This document shows positions 13,811 to 25,758 of a stretch of DNA of 64,000 nucleotides, one piece after another. The notes beneath the pieces were generated by a model, which was not told the DNA's origin, made no database searches, and worked only from the letters and a program-made list of their open reading frames with translations. Position 1 is the stretch's first letter. Each line of letters opens with the position of its first letter. This DNA is from Tubiluchus corallicola (lineage: Eukaryota; Animalia; Priapulida), in assembly GCA_030141605.1 (NCBI GenBank), contig JAQGDQ010000304.1:186001-250000 (forward strand), given 5' to 3'. The position numbers were made by a program, and so were the translations under genes.

Positions 13811-16800
13811 CTAGCTGCTAGTGCCTGGTTGATTGCTTTTATAATGTCTGTATTCGGGCTTGAGTTCCCACATGTTCTTGTGTGGCGCTTTCATGTTGTA
13901 AGTGCAGAGTTCCTTTAAGATCTCTTTTAAGTAAGTCTGAAAAAGTCAGAACATACACATCGATGACAAGAGCAAGAAAGACCATTCATATACAAAAATT
14001 CATATATAAAGACTTTAATATAGAGATATCATCAGTGAGATGCTGCACTAGTTGCTGTATTAGTATCAATTTTTCCAATGTTTCTTACTTACAGAAAATG
14101 TCATTTTGATTAGTCAAATATGGCCACTGTCCCCTTTCAAACAAGTGTTATAGAATACTTACAATAGGCTGATTTGTGATACGAACGAGATCACGAACAT
14201 TGTAATACTGGTGCTTTTCAAATGCATTGAACAACATTTCTGTGACTTGATCTTTATCTGCCCGAGATTTCTTTCCCTGCTCCTTTTTTTCCCTTTCATA
14301 ACGAATCTGAAAAATCGAAAAGCTTTTGAACAACTTTTTACCAATACTTTGGATTAAAGCCGTTATTGCTTCACCCTTTGCTAATAAGAGTTATGCTGCC
14401 AACTTTTTATTGATTTGCAAAATGGGTCTGACACTGAACTGGCCCGAAATCTAGTTAAAACTAGTTAACAGGGGAGGCTCTTTTCATATTTAAAATACTC
14501 ACATTATGTTCATGATCAGATACAGGCTTGTAAGACCTGACAAATCCTTTTAAGTGTTGTACTTTTCGTATTGGCGTACTTGCAGCTACAATTTGCTTCC
14601 TGCAAATAAAAAGGCTTTACGTTACGCACAAATAACAAAACTTATGACATTAAATGAAAAAAACAGCGTACACAAGCTAAACAAATAAGAATGAAAGACC
14701 AAAAATCCTATTATAAAAAATGTTGCAGGTACCCTGTACGTCTTTTTGTAAACACAATCACTGCAATTCATTAAAACATGTGTAGGTGTTGGGTGGGTGA
14801 CTTAGAGTTCACTCTATAAGTCAAAAAAAGATTGCTCAAGCACATGACGGGATAAGTGTTTATACTGTGCAGTAACCGGATGACGCCATTTTTCGTGCAA
14901 AATGAGCGCACCTAAGCATGAAGTGATCGCGACTAAATTGATTTTACTAATTACATAAAGCACTTATCACAATTTCATCATTGAAACTTTTTAATATTTT
15001 TATCAAACAATAAAATAGGCTCAACTTCCTGAGAGACTTGACTTTCGCATTAAGGTTTTTAGTCCTTGTCACAGTGTCATGTAATATCTACAATGGTCAA
15101 ATAATACCATAGTATCAAGGTGTTAAAACTTAAATAGAACCATTTTTTCTTGCAGGCTATAAAATTTGCAGATATTTTTTTCGGGGAACTGCAGAAATTC
15201 ATCCAGTTGTATGAATTCGATCAACTTCCTGCAAGGAATTCTAAAAGACAACGTGACTAAATTTCTGACAAGAAAGAGCTGCTTATTTGATATGAACAAC
15301 CATTTCATTGAGTTTATTGCAAAAATTTGTGGCTGGTTAGAACTAATGTTTTGAATAATTCCGTAGACCTAGAAAGTGGAGAAGTAGGTCACAATTTTTT
15401 AACTAGTAACCATGATGTGAATTAATGACCCACTTGGGAAAAATCTGAGCAAACAAATGTACATGCTATGACCAGACGTTCAATGCACATGTCAGAATTA
15501 TTATTTACCGTTTCATTTTCATATATGCATCATCCTCATATGGCTGACATTCAGCACGCTGAACAACTTTTCCTTCTATTGCTATTTTCTCTGTTGGACC
15601 TTCTCCCACTGCAGATGGACCACCGTCAGCTGATATTATAAATTATGGCATACTTAATTTGCTTACCAAGAAACTAAAACAGCATAGACAAGGCTTTTTA
15701 AATGTAGTGAATGTGGAAAAAGTAAAAAATAATGTGTTAAATCAAGAAATGACTAAATAAATAGAAAATATAAAAATGTGTCACTTAAAAATAACCATTG
15801 CTTAACTAAAGTCTTTTCTAACAAAAAATTTACTATAAACAACTTGCAACTTAATGTAAAACAGAATGATGGCTATAAATATGACTCAACTACTTTCAAA
15901 GTAACAGTATGAAAGAAATACAATTTTCTTAGCACGACGATTTTACACTACGCATAAATGCAACATATTTATCGCAGCTTGAGGCTATTATGAAAAAGCC
16001 ACGATCATGTTACTCACAATTTCAGTACTTTTTGATGTAAATAAAAACACGCATCTGTTGTCACAAAACAAACTGAGGTCTAAACTTTTATTAACATTCC
16101 TCTGCAAGAACTGGCTAAAAATACACTGGGAAAGATTATAAACCATAATATAATCCAGACAAGAATGTCAACATACTACTAAATAGTTCGGAAAAATTTG
16201 TTTTCTTGAAATTGATGGAGCTAATTCACCGCATTTTGGACATCAATCGGTTGTTTGGTTTCGCTAATAAAAACAAACTTGGCTCTATTCTTATAAAGGA
16301 AAAAATACAATAAGCCAGTTAAAAAATTTGATGTCACGACTAGTTAATCAATAACCAATAGGTAATTAGCTATTCGGTTATGTGACAATAAAAGTAAGCT
16401 TTCTTAGCAACTCTGCTGTAAGTTTAGTAGTGCGTTTTAATAAATTTATCCACTGAAAGAATTTTTGAAAATGTAACTGAAATTCACATAAAGAAGCAAT
16501 AAAGTTTGCTTCTCTATACACTGATACACCAGATGGATTGCAAATACTGCATCTTTCAATATTGTCAGTTATGCAATAAAATGAAATAAATAGAGAATGT
16601 GCTCGTCATGCTACCTACCTGCAGGCATATGAGAGAACACGGCCATAGTTTGATATCCCACAGGAGAAATGACAAATTTGTGCTCCTTAGGCACAATTTG
16701 TTCAGATGTAATGCCAAGAATTTTGTCACTCATTGTGAATTTTATGTCTGGTTTTGCAGAATCAAACCGCCTGATAAAAGAAACGCATAATTAAAGAGAA

Positions 16801-18975
16801 ATGATGCATTTCATTCAGTGAATTCTAAATTAGTAAGTGTTAGAGAGGTCTGCGTTAAGTTAACAGACCTGTAACACTAACATCCAACACAAACCACTTC
16901 TGATCTGAAATCTAAACAACATGCCAACTCCATGTTAAATTTATGTTAACATAACAGATATCTTAACAAGTCTGTGCACAAAGGCTGCCGTTACAGCTTA
17001 TGTCAGGTTATTAACGGACCTGTTAGTTCAACATGAACAAAGGGAAATATGTTATCTTTGTTTTCTACTAAATTCAATGTTTGGACATCTTTTTCTGTAG
17101 GAAATGCTACAGAGTACTTACTTAGTTTCCACTCTATTAATATAGTTCATACAAACTCTTAAATGTCTCAAAGAAATTTTTAAAAATTTTAATCTCTAAG
17201 TGATTCAACTCCTGTTATACGAAGCTGAGGTCAGAAATAGATCTGTCAACTGATCAGAGATGGATTTGTCTACTTTATTTAACTTTCGTTGTTCACTAGG
17301 TTTGTTGAGAAATTTGGTTCCATGGCTATCTCTACACCTGTTAATAGATTTGTTAACATATCTGTTAACAGAATCACCAGATTTGTTAGCACACTGTTAA
17401 CACACGATGTAGCAGCTACTTAAATATGAGCTAATCATTTGAGCACAGAATACGGACTCCCATATCTGTTGAAAGAACGGTAACACTAACATTAACACTA
17501 ATTCTGAAATCACTTATTGTTACTATTATTGCCTAGCAAGACCCTTATTCCAAGCAGCCTTGCAAACCACTTATCCAGCATATCTCATTATCCAGATTAA
17601 TACTCCAGGTGGTTACAAAATATGTAATATACGCATCACTGTCTCAAAGACAGAAAACAGCCAGAAGCGGTAAGGCACGTGAAACCGGCCAGAAATTATT
17701 GCCCCAGTAGTGCCTGTCCATTTGTTAACAGGCAAGTGTTGTCACCGAGAACACTGTTAGCACCCCATTTTAAACTACAGTGATTTTTTTAAAAAAACCA
17801 TTAGACAGTTAAACATTTGTAAATGTCAGATTAAACCTGTTGTTCTCACAAAACTCAATGAATAGTTGGGAAAAAACTAAAAAAAACAATTTAGTGTCTT
17901 TGTCTATTTCATGTGAGATACAAACTAAATGGCTAGTAGCTTTCAAACATACAGTCTATGATACAGAAGTGGTAAGTTTCAAATTTTGTCAGCACTTTTT
18001 CTCGCAAAAATATAGTACATACCTGCTCAAATGTGGTTAAACAACCATTTCTCTGCTGGTAATATATGACGCACACATATAACATTTTTGAATTAGTCAT
18101 GGCAATTAATAATGCATATAAATGTATTCCGATATATAACAAGTTAAAAACATTGCAGAAACACTACCAAAATGACTAGCAAAAGTTGTATTTTAAAAGT
18201 AAAACCTTGTAATTTTTAATTTCCCAACTTCTTCATTTTGTGACCCTGCTTCTTGTTTACTCCAGCAGTTGGATAATGCTTTTGAAACCTAGAATATACA
18301 AGTAGATCAAGCTTGCACAATAAAAATAGTCTGGTAGTATTTTGAGAAGATAAATCAGTCAACTTTGTTAAATAGCACAATGTAGATTTATATTAGTAGC
18401 TAATATGCCTAATTAGTAGCTTATGAAATGTCAAACTTGAATTTTCATTCAATGCTTTTGTGGCCAGTTCCCTTAGCCAATGTAGGAGAATATTTTTTAC
18501 TATAATTTAATGCCCCAACAGTTGGTTGTTTCCACTGAGCATCACTGTGCATTTTTGTCTTTCTTTGCCTGTTTTCAATGTTTAAAACAAGAAAAATGAT
18601 GCCATTATAATTGTTCTCAATTTATGAAGAAAATACTAAACACACTTTGAACACATTATAAGACTTTAATCATTGTAATTTCAGCAATTTGAATCATTTT
18701 GAAAAAAGGATATTTGAAAGTGTAATTAGGTCAAACGTGAAACATTGCCAATGTTTTTTAAATACTTTAAAAACTTTTTGCCAAAAAGTGGAAAAAAACA
18801 ATTAGTTAAATCATTAAAAATGAATTAATAATAGTATGGCTTTCATAAACAAACTTTCACAAATTTTGGAACAATATTTTGTTTCCAAGAGCAAATAAGT
18901 TGCATAGATAATGATTAACTGTACCTTCACTATCCAAACACCTCTATCAGCTGATGCTAAATCAACCTCATTCAT
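13811..18975 (-). CDS. GTF2F2: General transcription factor IIF subunit 2 (TFIIF-beta/RAP30), 7 coding exons, ~257 aa
   Basis: Exons 18975-18925, 18288-18206, 16770-16619, 15629-15509, 14599-14503, 14306-14163 and 13936-13811 total 774 nt in frame. Motifs: MNEVDLASADRGVWIVK, EVGKLKI, PKEHKF, EGKVVQRAEC, LFNAFEKHQYYNVRDLVRITNQP, YLKEILKELCTYNMKAPHKNMWELKPEYRHY (winged-helix C-terminus). Confidence 0.95.
16816..17514. mobile_element. MITE-like element in GTF2F2 intron 2
   Basis: Imperfect TIRs: AGTGAATTCTAAATTAGT versus the reverse complement of ACTAATTCTGAAATCACT (15/18 match). Many internal (G)TTAACAG/CTGTTAAC motifs. No TSD could be resolved. Confidence 0.5.
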
Positions 18976-19700
18976 GGTGCAACAATTTTACTTCATAATA
19001 AGCTGTACAGTTTCTAAAGTAAAACAACAAAAACACATTAGTGAAATGGCGAAGTCACTAGAAAGCAAATTTCGCCAATGTCAATTCTTAGTAAGGTAAT
19101 GTTACCAACCATAGGTTTAAAAAAATAAGCAGCTGTATAAAAGCATGAAAGGTAACTGGAAAGGTAGAAATAAATGAGAAAAGGTGTTACATAAGAAAAA
19201 AAGATGGCAGATGGAAAAGAAAGAAAGGAAAAAAGACACAAAGGAGAAAAATTTCTAAACTTTGCCTTCTTGCAAAGCCCAATTTCTAGGACTCGCATAT
19301 TTATTAAAATTGCTAAACGTTAACACGATAACACGACTTATTAAACCAAATGAAGCTGTTTACATGCTGTACTACTTGCATATGTATGTGCAGATACCAC
19401 GAAGAACTCATTCTGTTCTTGTAAATGATGTATTGTCGACAGCCTTGCATTACAGCACGGCTGTCCGCAGGGTAGCAATTTAGGTCCCTGTTTGTGTTCA
19501 CTATATGATGTAATAATAACACGTCTGATTTAATCATGAACTAATAATTTGCTCATAAAAACGAATGCAAATTGACTATTGCACAGTTACTGCATAAAAG
19601 CATGTACTGAACATGACTAACGGAGAGCCCCCAGTTAGCATTTGTACACACTAAAAACAAAGGTTAGTAGAATAATATTAAAATGAAGTTCAGAATTAAT

Positions 19701-19988
19701 AAAATCTGTTTATGCTATCTGACATAATGCAAGAACTGTTTTTCACAACGTTTCAACTAATATTTTAAGATACATAGTATTAAAATGAGATTAAAGATTT
19801 CAAGATCTCTTCAAACAAACTAACATAATAAGAAACCACAGAAAAATCTGCTTTACACTATCTGACATAATGCAAGAACTGATTTTCATAACATTTCAAT
19901 TAATAATAATATTTTAAGATACATAGTACTAAAATGAGACTAAAGATTTCAAGATCTCTTCAAACAAACTAACATAATAAGAAACCAC
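19701..19988 (+). repeat. ~140 bp tandem duplication upstream of GTF2F2
   Basis: Two adjacent copies of CTATCTGACATAATGCAAGAACTG...TAAAGATTTCAAGATCTCTTCAAACAAACTAACATAATAAGAAACCAC. Confidence 0.9.
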
Positions 19989-20144
19989 TGACTGGAGGAA
20001 GCTTGATGGTTTAGAACAGAGTTAAGACCAGTTGTTAGTAAAGCAACATTTTGAAAATTGATATTTCGAAACACTAGGCCATTAAAACCATATCAGTACA
20101 AAAAGGCACTTCTACCATTTACTAGAAACGAAGCCATTCTTCAA

Positions 20145-20500
20145 AATTTAGATTATCAAGTCCTTTTCTGAATAGCATCAGAGATGGAGCACTCACTGCT
20201 TCTAAAGGTAACGAATTCCAAATTAAAATGGTTCTTATAATTTATAATATAAACTAAAGAAGTAATTTTGCCTAACATTTGAATTACATCGCGTGTTAAT
20301 TATGCGAAGTCGTTTGCTCAGCTAACCAATGTAGAATGAATTGTAGAAAGAGAGGGGGTTTAGAACGAGCTTTTTTGACTTAAGGTATTTTATATCTCCA
20401 GTACAATTTTTAGCTACTTGTGCTAACTTACTAGGAAGCAGGCATATTACATCTGACATTTATTCAGTGCGTAAATTCTTATAAATTAATGGTGCACCTC
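20145..20500 (-). mobile_element. CR1/L2-like LINE 3' fragment
   Basis: The minus strand reads IRTILIWNSLPLEAVSAPSLMLFRKGLD, matching the WNxLP..V.A.SL..FK..LD ORF2 C-terminus of CR1-clade LINEs. Confidence 0.6.
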
Positions 20501-20509
20501 AAGCGCACT

Positions 20510-21883
20510 AACAACGACTAATTTCTGAAAAATAAAGTAAAGGAGACTTCACTGGGATGTTTAAAGCTGTTAGGAACATTAACAGAAATAAATCTATTAC
20601 AAAAAATAATAGTAGAAACTACAAATGGGATTACCCAAACTGCATAATTTATAGAGAAGGAAGGAAAACTACAGAATTTATCATGTCTGCAAAAATCTTA
20701 GCCGAAGCAGCTCTAACTTCAAGTTCTTATTCAATTACTCTGTTACTGCCTGATATGAGCAAGGCTTTTGATACTGTTGATAAAAGAATGCTATTCGATG
20801 ATTTAAAATCATAGAGCCAGATGAATTACATATGATAACAATCCTATATAAAGATGTCAGGCTTCGCGTGAAACTAGGCAGTACTACAGGAAGAACTTCC
20901 AAAACTAATGTTGGTATTCCTCAACGTGACTGTCTTAACCCAGTGCTTTTTACGTTCTACTTAGCCAATGCACTCCAAAATAAATATGTTTTGCCTACAG
21001 ATCATGATTACGACGACACCTCCACATTTGGTTGTCCCTTTCCATTTGGTTGATTACACTTATCCTGCACCAGATTCCCAAAAGCCATTCCTTTTAGACC
21101 GACAATATGCCGACGACATTGACTGGATTAGTATTTCAAAATTCTGCACAGATACTGTTAAAACAGAATGCCCAAAATAAGTGGAAAAAAGAAATCTCAA
21201 AGTTAACTACACGAAAACTGCAGAATAAAACTTATCATGGGATGGCGATCAATCCTGGAAACATTGCAAATACAAGGGATCACTACTTAATGTAGAAGAT
21301 GATATAAAAAATAAGAAATAAAGGGCAATGTACGGTTTTGTCCAAAATAAATCAATTTTAACTAGCAAGAAACTACACCTCAAAACAAGGCTGCAACTCT
21401 TTAATGCATAACGTAACTATATCTTCATGTACAACAGTGAAATGTGGGGCTTAACTGCAATGCACGGAGCAGAAGTAATTGTGTTTCACAGAGGCCTACT
21501 AGGAAAATTCTTAAAAATAAAATGGCCATTTTTCTTTTGAAATGAGCACCTGTATAACAAAACCAAAGAAGAACAACGGAGTACTAAAATTAGAATCAGA
21601 AAACTAGATGGGTAGGATATTTAATGAGATTGCCAGAAACAACACCAGTGAGATTTGCGTTAACATTATGCACTCAAACCTACTAAACGACCTACAGGCA
21701 AACCAAAAACAACTTGAATATCAAGAGTAAAAAAATATTTACAACAGCAACAGCTGGAACCAAACCTAACAATGGCATCACAGGAATTGAAAATTTTAGC
21801 TGCAGACAGGAAACAGTGGAGTGCTCTGATAAGGGATAGAGGCCTACGTCTATAACAGTTGTTTTGAGCAACAGAAGAAGAAG
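20510..21883 (+). mobile_element. Decayed 5'-truncated RTE-like non-LTR retrotransposon (RT domain and C-terminus)
   Basis: Frameshifted RT motifs DMSKAFDTV, NVGIPQRDCLNPVLFTFYL and QYADD. C-terminal WVGYLMRLP..TPVR, KRPTGKPKTT and AADRKQW, followed by a short (AGA/GAA)n tail at ~21873-21883. Confidence 0.85.
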
Positions 21884-22034
21884 TTAATCCTTTTGTTTGG
21901 ATGTGATGCTAACAGGTAAAAATCCACTGGCATAGTAGTGTCTAATATTTTGCTGGCGCAAAATTATGAATCGATGCTAGTGAGGCATTCTAGGATCAAT
22001 AATAATTATATTATTAATTTTTCTAGATTGTGTT

Positions 22035-22500
22035 TCCAGTATCTGTCAAGTCGATACTTAAATTGAGCAGACCTGGAGGCTTGAACTATACTGCCAGGTA
22101 GATTAATTCATTCACTAATTAGTGTCATAGCCAATGCTTACGTTTTCCTGCTCCATCTGCTCTTTTCTTAATTTTGTAGAAGTGTCCTTTAGCTGGTATC
22201 ATGCATGGTATGCTTGACGATGGAGAAACTTGTCTCAGTCAATGGTTTTTATACCTTTAAGTATTTAGAATGTTTAAATTAAATCTTATCTTTTACGTCA
22301 ATTCTTCAGTGTTGTATCCCGCGATCCATGTCTTTCATTTCTGACACGTGTATTTCGTTTATTTGCTACAAAAATTTTTACATTATACATTAGTTCGCGA
22401 ATCTCTAACTCTGTGTTCAATTTTCTAGTTCAAATTAAAGTGTTCTAAAAATTTATTAGCTACGCTTTGCTTTGAAAATTTGTGAGAATGGCGCGTTCCA
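22035..22500 (-). mobile_element. Second CR1-like LINE 3' fragment
   Basis: The minus strand reads GHFYKIKK...RKH and, after a frameshift, NLPGSIVQASRSAQFKYRLDRY, a typical CR1 ORF2 end. Confidence 0.55.
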
Positions 22501-23678
22501 CGTTTTGTCAATTTAATTAGTGAAGAGGATAATGGCGTCAATGGGTGATTCCAGGGTGAAATGATAGCGAGCTGCTAATCAATGGGTCGTTATCCTAAGT
22601 CAAAACTTTGCTCAAACAATATCGATACTCGCTCTTTTTAACTCGTTCTTTAATTCATGTTGATTCTGATAAGAAATACTGTTTCACGTTAATATTAAAT
22701 AATTTATATTATTGTTACCTCGTTTGTTCTGTGAAACTGCCATCTTTAGTAACCTATAAACATGATTCCATTCATTGAAAAAAAATCACCTCGGAACAGA
22801 TCCCAAGTTTTTGATAAAAGACATCAGGATCACTTGATGTAAAATCAAATAATGAGACTGCCACACAAAAGATGTTGAACACAACAAGATGACACTGTGG
22901 CGCGCGTAATTTTCTAGTGACTTACTTTGAAATAGCTGGGCATAATCCCCACTTTGAAAATTCAACTGATAGGATAATTTGTGCATTGCAATGACACACA
23001 TTTAGCATGACTAGAAAAATGTGTCTCGGTCATTTAAATACTTATATCCACTTGAACTCATCTCTATTAATCTTAATTTATTTTTACAACGCTAATGAGG
23101 GACCAAAGAGTTGACAATGGCATTATATCAATCAGCCAGTTATGTATCCGTAAATACTAGTGATTCGTTCTACTTAGAATTGTTATCACGTACTTTTTAG
23201 CAAAGTCAGAATCTTCTATTTTTTTACTTTCTTCGTTCATGATTGCCCCAGCTTATTTATCTTTCATATTCAGATACATATATGACTAACCAAAAGAAAG
23301 AAATTAATTTTATCAGGATTTTAATAATATTTGTTTTTATAGGGGACTCACTGACAATCGAATCGACGACGGCCCTGAAATTTAATGTAGGTAATAATTT
23401 ACATTATTGCATTATAATTTACATTATTATTACTGATGAGGATAAATTCAAACTCCTATTAAGCACTGATGACTATGAAATGACAATATTGGCTGCAAAA
23501 TTTATTACGAAACGTTTCAAAAAAAAGGAACTCGTAAAGCGCGAATCAACTATTCAGTTTTTTATGATCTTGTTCTTTTTTCTTTAAATGTACCGTTCTT
23601 ATATAAAATGTACGATGCAATTAAACCAATCATTTAGGTTTATTGTATATTGCGTTGTATTATATTGCATTATATAAT

Positions 23679-24030
23679 ATTGTATTGTATTGTATTGTAT
23701 TGTATTGTATTGTATTGTATTGTATTGTATTGTATTGTATTGTATTGTATTGTATTGTATTGTATTGTATTGAATTGTATTGTATTGTATTGTATTGTAT
23801 TGTATTGTATTGTATTGTATTGTATTGCATTGCATTGCATTGCATTGCATTGCATTGCATTGCATTGCATTGCATTGCATTGCATTGCATTGCATTGCAT
23901 TGCATTGCATTGCATTGCATTGCATTGCATTGCGCATTGCATTGCATTGCATTGCATTGCATTGCATTGCATTGCATTGCATTGCATTGCATTGCATTGC
24001 ATTGCATTGCATTGCATTGCATTGTATTGT
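23679..24030. repeat. Compound pentanucleotide microsatellite (ATTGT)n(ATTGC)n
   Basis: About 29 ATTGT units followed by about 39 ATTGC units, switching at ~23824. It explains the six repetitive ORFs in the track. Confidence 0.98.
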
Positions 24031-25758
24031 CTGTCAATTGTCTTCGTTATTCAAACTTAGTTAATTATTATTAGTTCCAATATAGCTGTACTACCTGGCA
24101 AAAGGAGTATGTAGTAGTTTTAGTTTTGTTAAGTCTGGTTTGTGCAGATTTTATTATTATTAGAGTGACGTATATATCCAGGATTTGGTCCACCACTGAA
24201 TCCTGATGTGAACTTCCTTTAGTACACAGTACAAATCTCGACTTGGTTGAGAACTTGTTCAATGTCTCTTTATTGGTCTTTAATTCGCACAACTTTTATG
24301 AATTATACGTCTTGATAATTAAACCACATGTTGGCAATACGTATCTGCTGCTGCTACTGTTGCTGCTAGACCATGATGCGTAGGCCTATACTATTCATCC
24401 TGCTGGCTGCTTTCCTCGATTTCCTCAATGTAATCCGCTTTTACACTGCATGTAAAGACGGGTGGACAGCTCACTTAAAATTATGTCTATTTTCAGAAAC
24501 ACCACCCTTGTAGTTTAGATTTGGAATCGGTTTCTGTCAGATTCAGATGTATGAACCTTTTTCAAAAGAGCCTGGAGAGCTTCTTTTTGAGTTTTTGAAA
24601 TTTTTTCTGAAGTTTTAACGTCTTTGTTTCTTGTCAAATGTTTAATATTAGAGAAATGTGTAGCATAAAACATGTTAGCATAATGATTAAGCAACATTGG
24701 TTTAATTTCGTTGATTTTTTTCCAATAAGTTGCTCTCTTTTAAATCATAACATTACACGCTCCAGCTCAAAGGGAGCTTAGTCTAATATTAGTATGCATG
24801 TAGCTAAATTTATGTGACAAGTTCCGACAACTTGAGTCAGCTGAATCGTGTTAAAGACAGATGGACTAATTTTTAAAGTTTTTAGATTTGTAAAAATGTT
24901 GGGAAGGCACTCATGGCAACTAGTGAAAATCAACAAGCGAATGTCAAAAGACCATCAGAAGTTCACAGTAGATGACGAATGACGAATGATGACGCTAACC
25001 TTGACGTTGATCTTCAATTATTTATTGATTTCTAGTTTGGTTAAATTGCTGTTAGTTGAGTGTTTGTTGATTTGTTTATTTGCTTATTTGTTAGCTGGTT
25101 CGTTGGTTGGTAAGTCAGTCGGTTAGTTATTAGGTAGTTGGTTAATTTGTTTGACTGATTATATGTGTGTGCGTGTGTTCATTTATTTGTTTTTTTTTTG
25201 TTTTTTTTTGTCTGCTTGCTTGCGCGGATGGTTAGAATTAGTTAGATGGTTGGCTTGTCGCTATATTTCTCGCTTCACGTCTGTTTTGCCAAATAAGGAA
25301 CCGCGTAATTATAAAGATAGTTGATTCCAAAATGAGTTTTAGCCGAGTTAGTTCTCGGAACGTCGACAAGCGCTTCAATTATAACTGGCTGTTGGACTGA
25401 TTACATCCGCAAATTATAGAAAAACGCGCCCAACTCATTGAAGCAGTCATCTCATCTCTGCGCGGCCGCACACGAACAGGTGTATCAAATGCGCGTAGTA
25501 AGCACAGACACTTGTGCCTAATTGAAGATGCTTGAAAATAAATAAATATCCCAGGTTTGTCTCAATACGTAAATAACTATTTCCATCCGCGAGAACTTTG
25601 CGTAGAGAGTGGCATTGCGGGTTTTGAAAGGACATCTGCGTAAAATCTTCTGCCTTGACGTCATTATTTTCGGGCGTTTCCCTAAAACTTGTCTTATTTA
25701 TTCAGCTTTAGAGAGACTTAAGAGACATGGTGAGGTAAGTGATGCAAATTCAGCAGCT

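Noticed and set aside
17671-17690. TAAGGCACG resembling the miR-124 5' end
   Set aside because: The remainder does not match the mature miRNA and no hairpin was seen.
23599-24074. Six ORFs of 94-143 aa (MQCNA/YNTIQ/CIALH repeats)
   Set aside because: Artefacts of stop-free pentanucleotide repeats.
25609-25758. GTG-started N-terminal extension of the hydrolase ORF
   Set aside because: The locus is eukaryotic, and the ATG at 25759 directly precedes the signal-peptide-like stretch.
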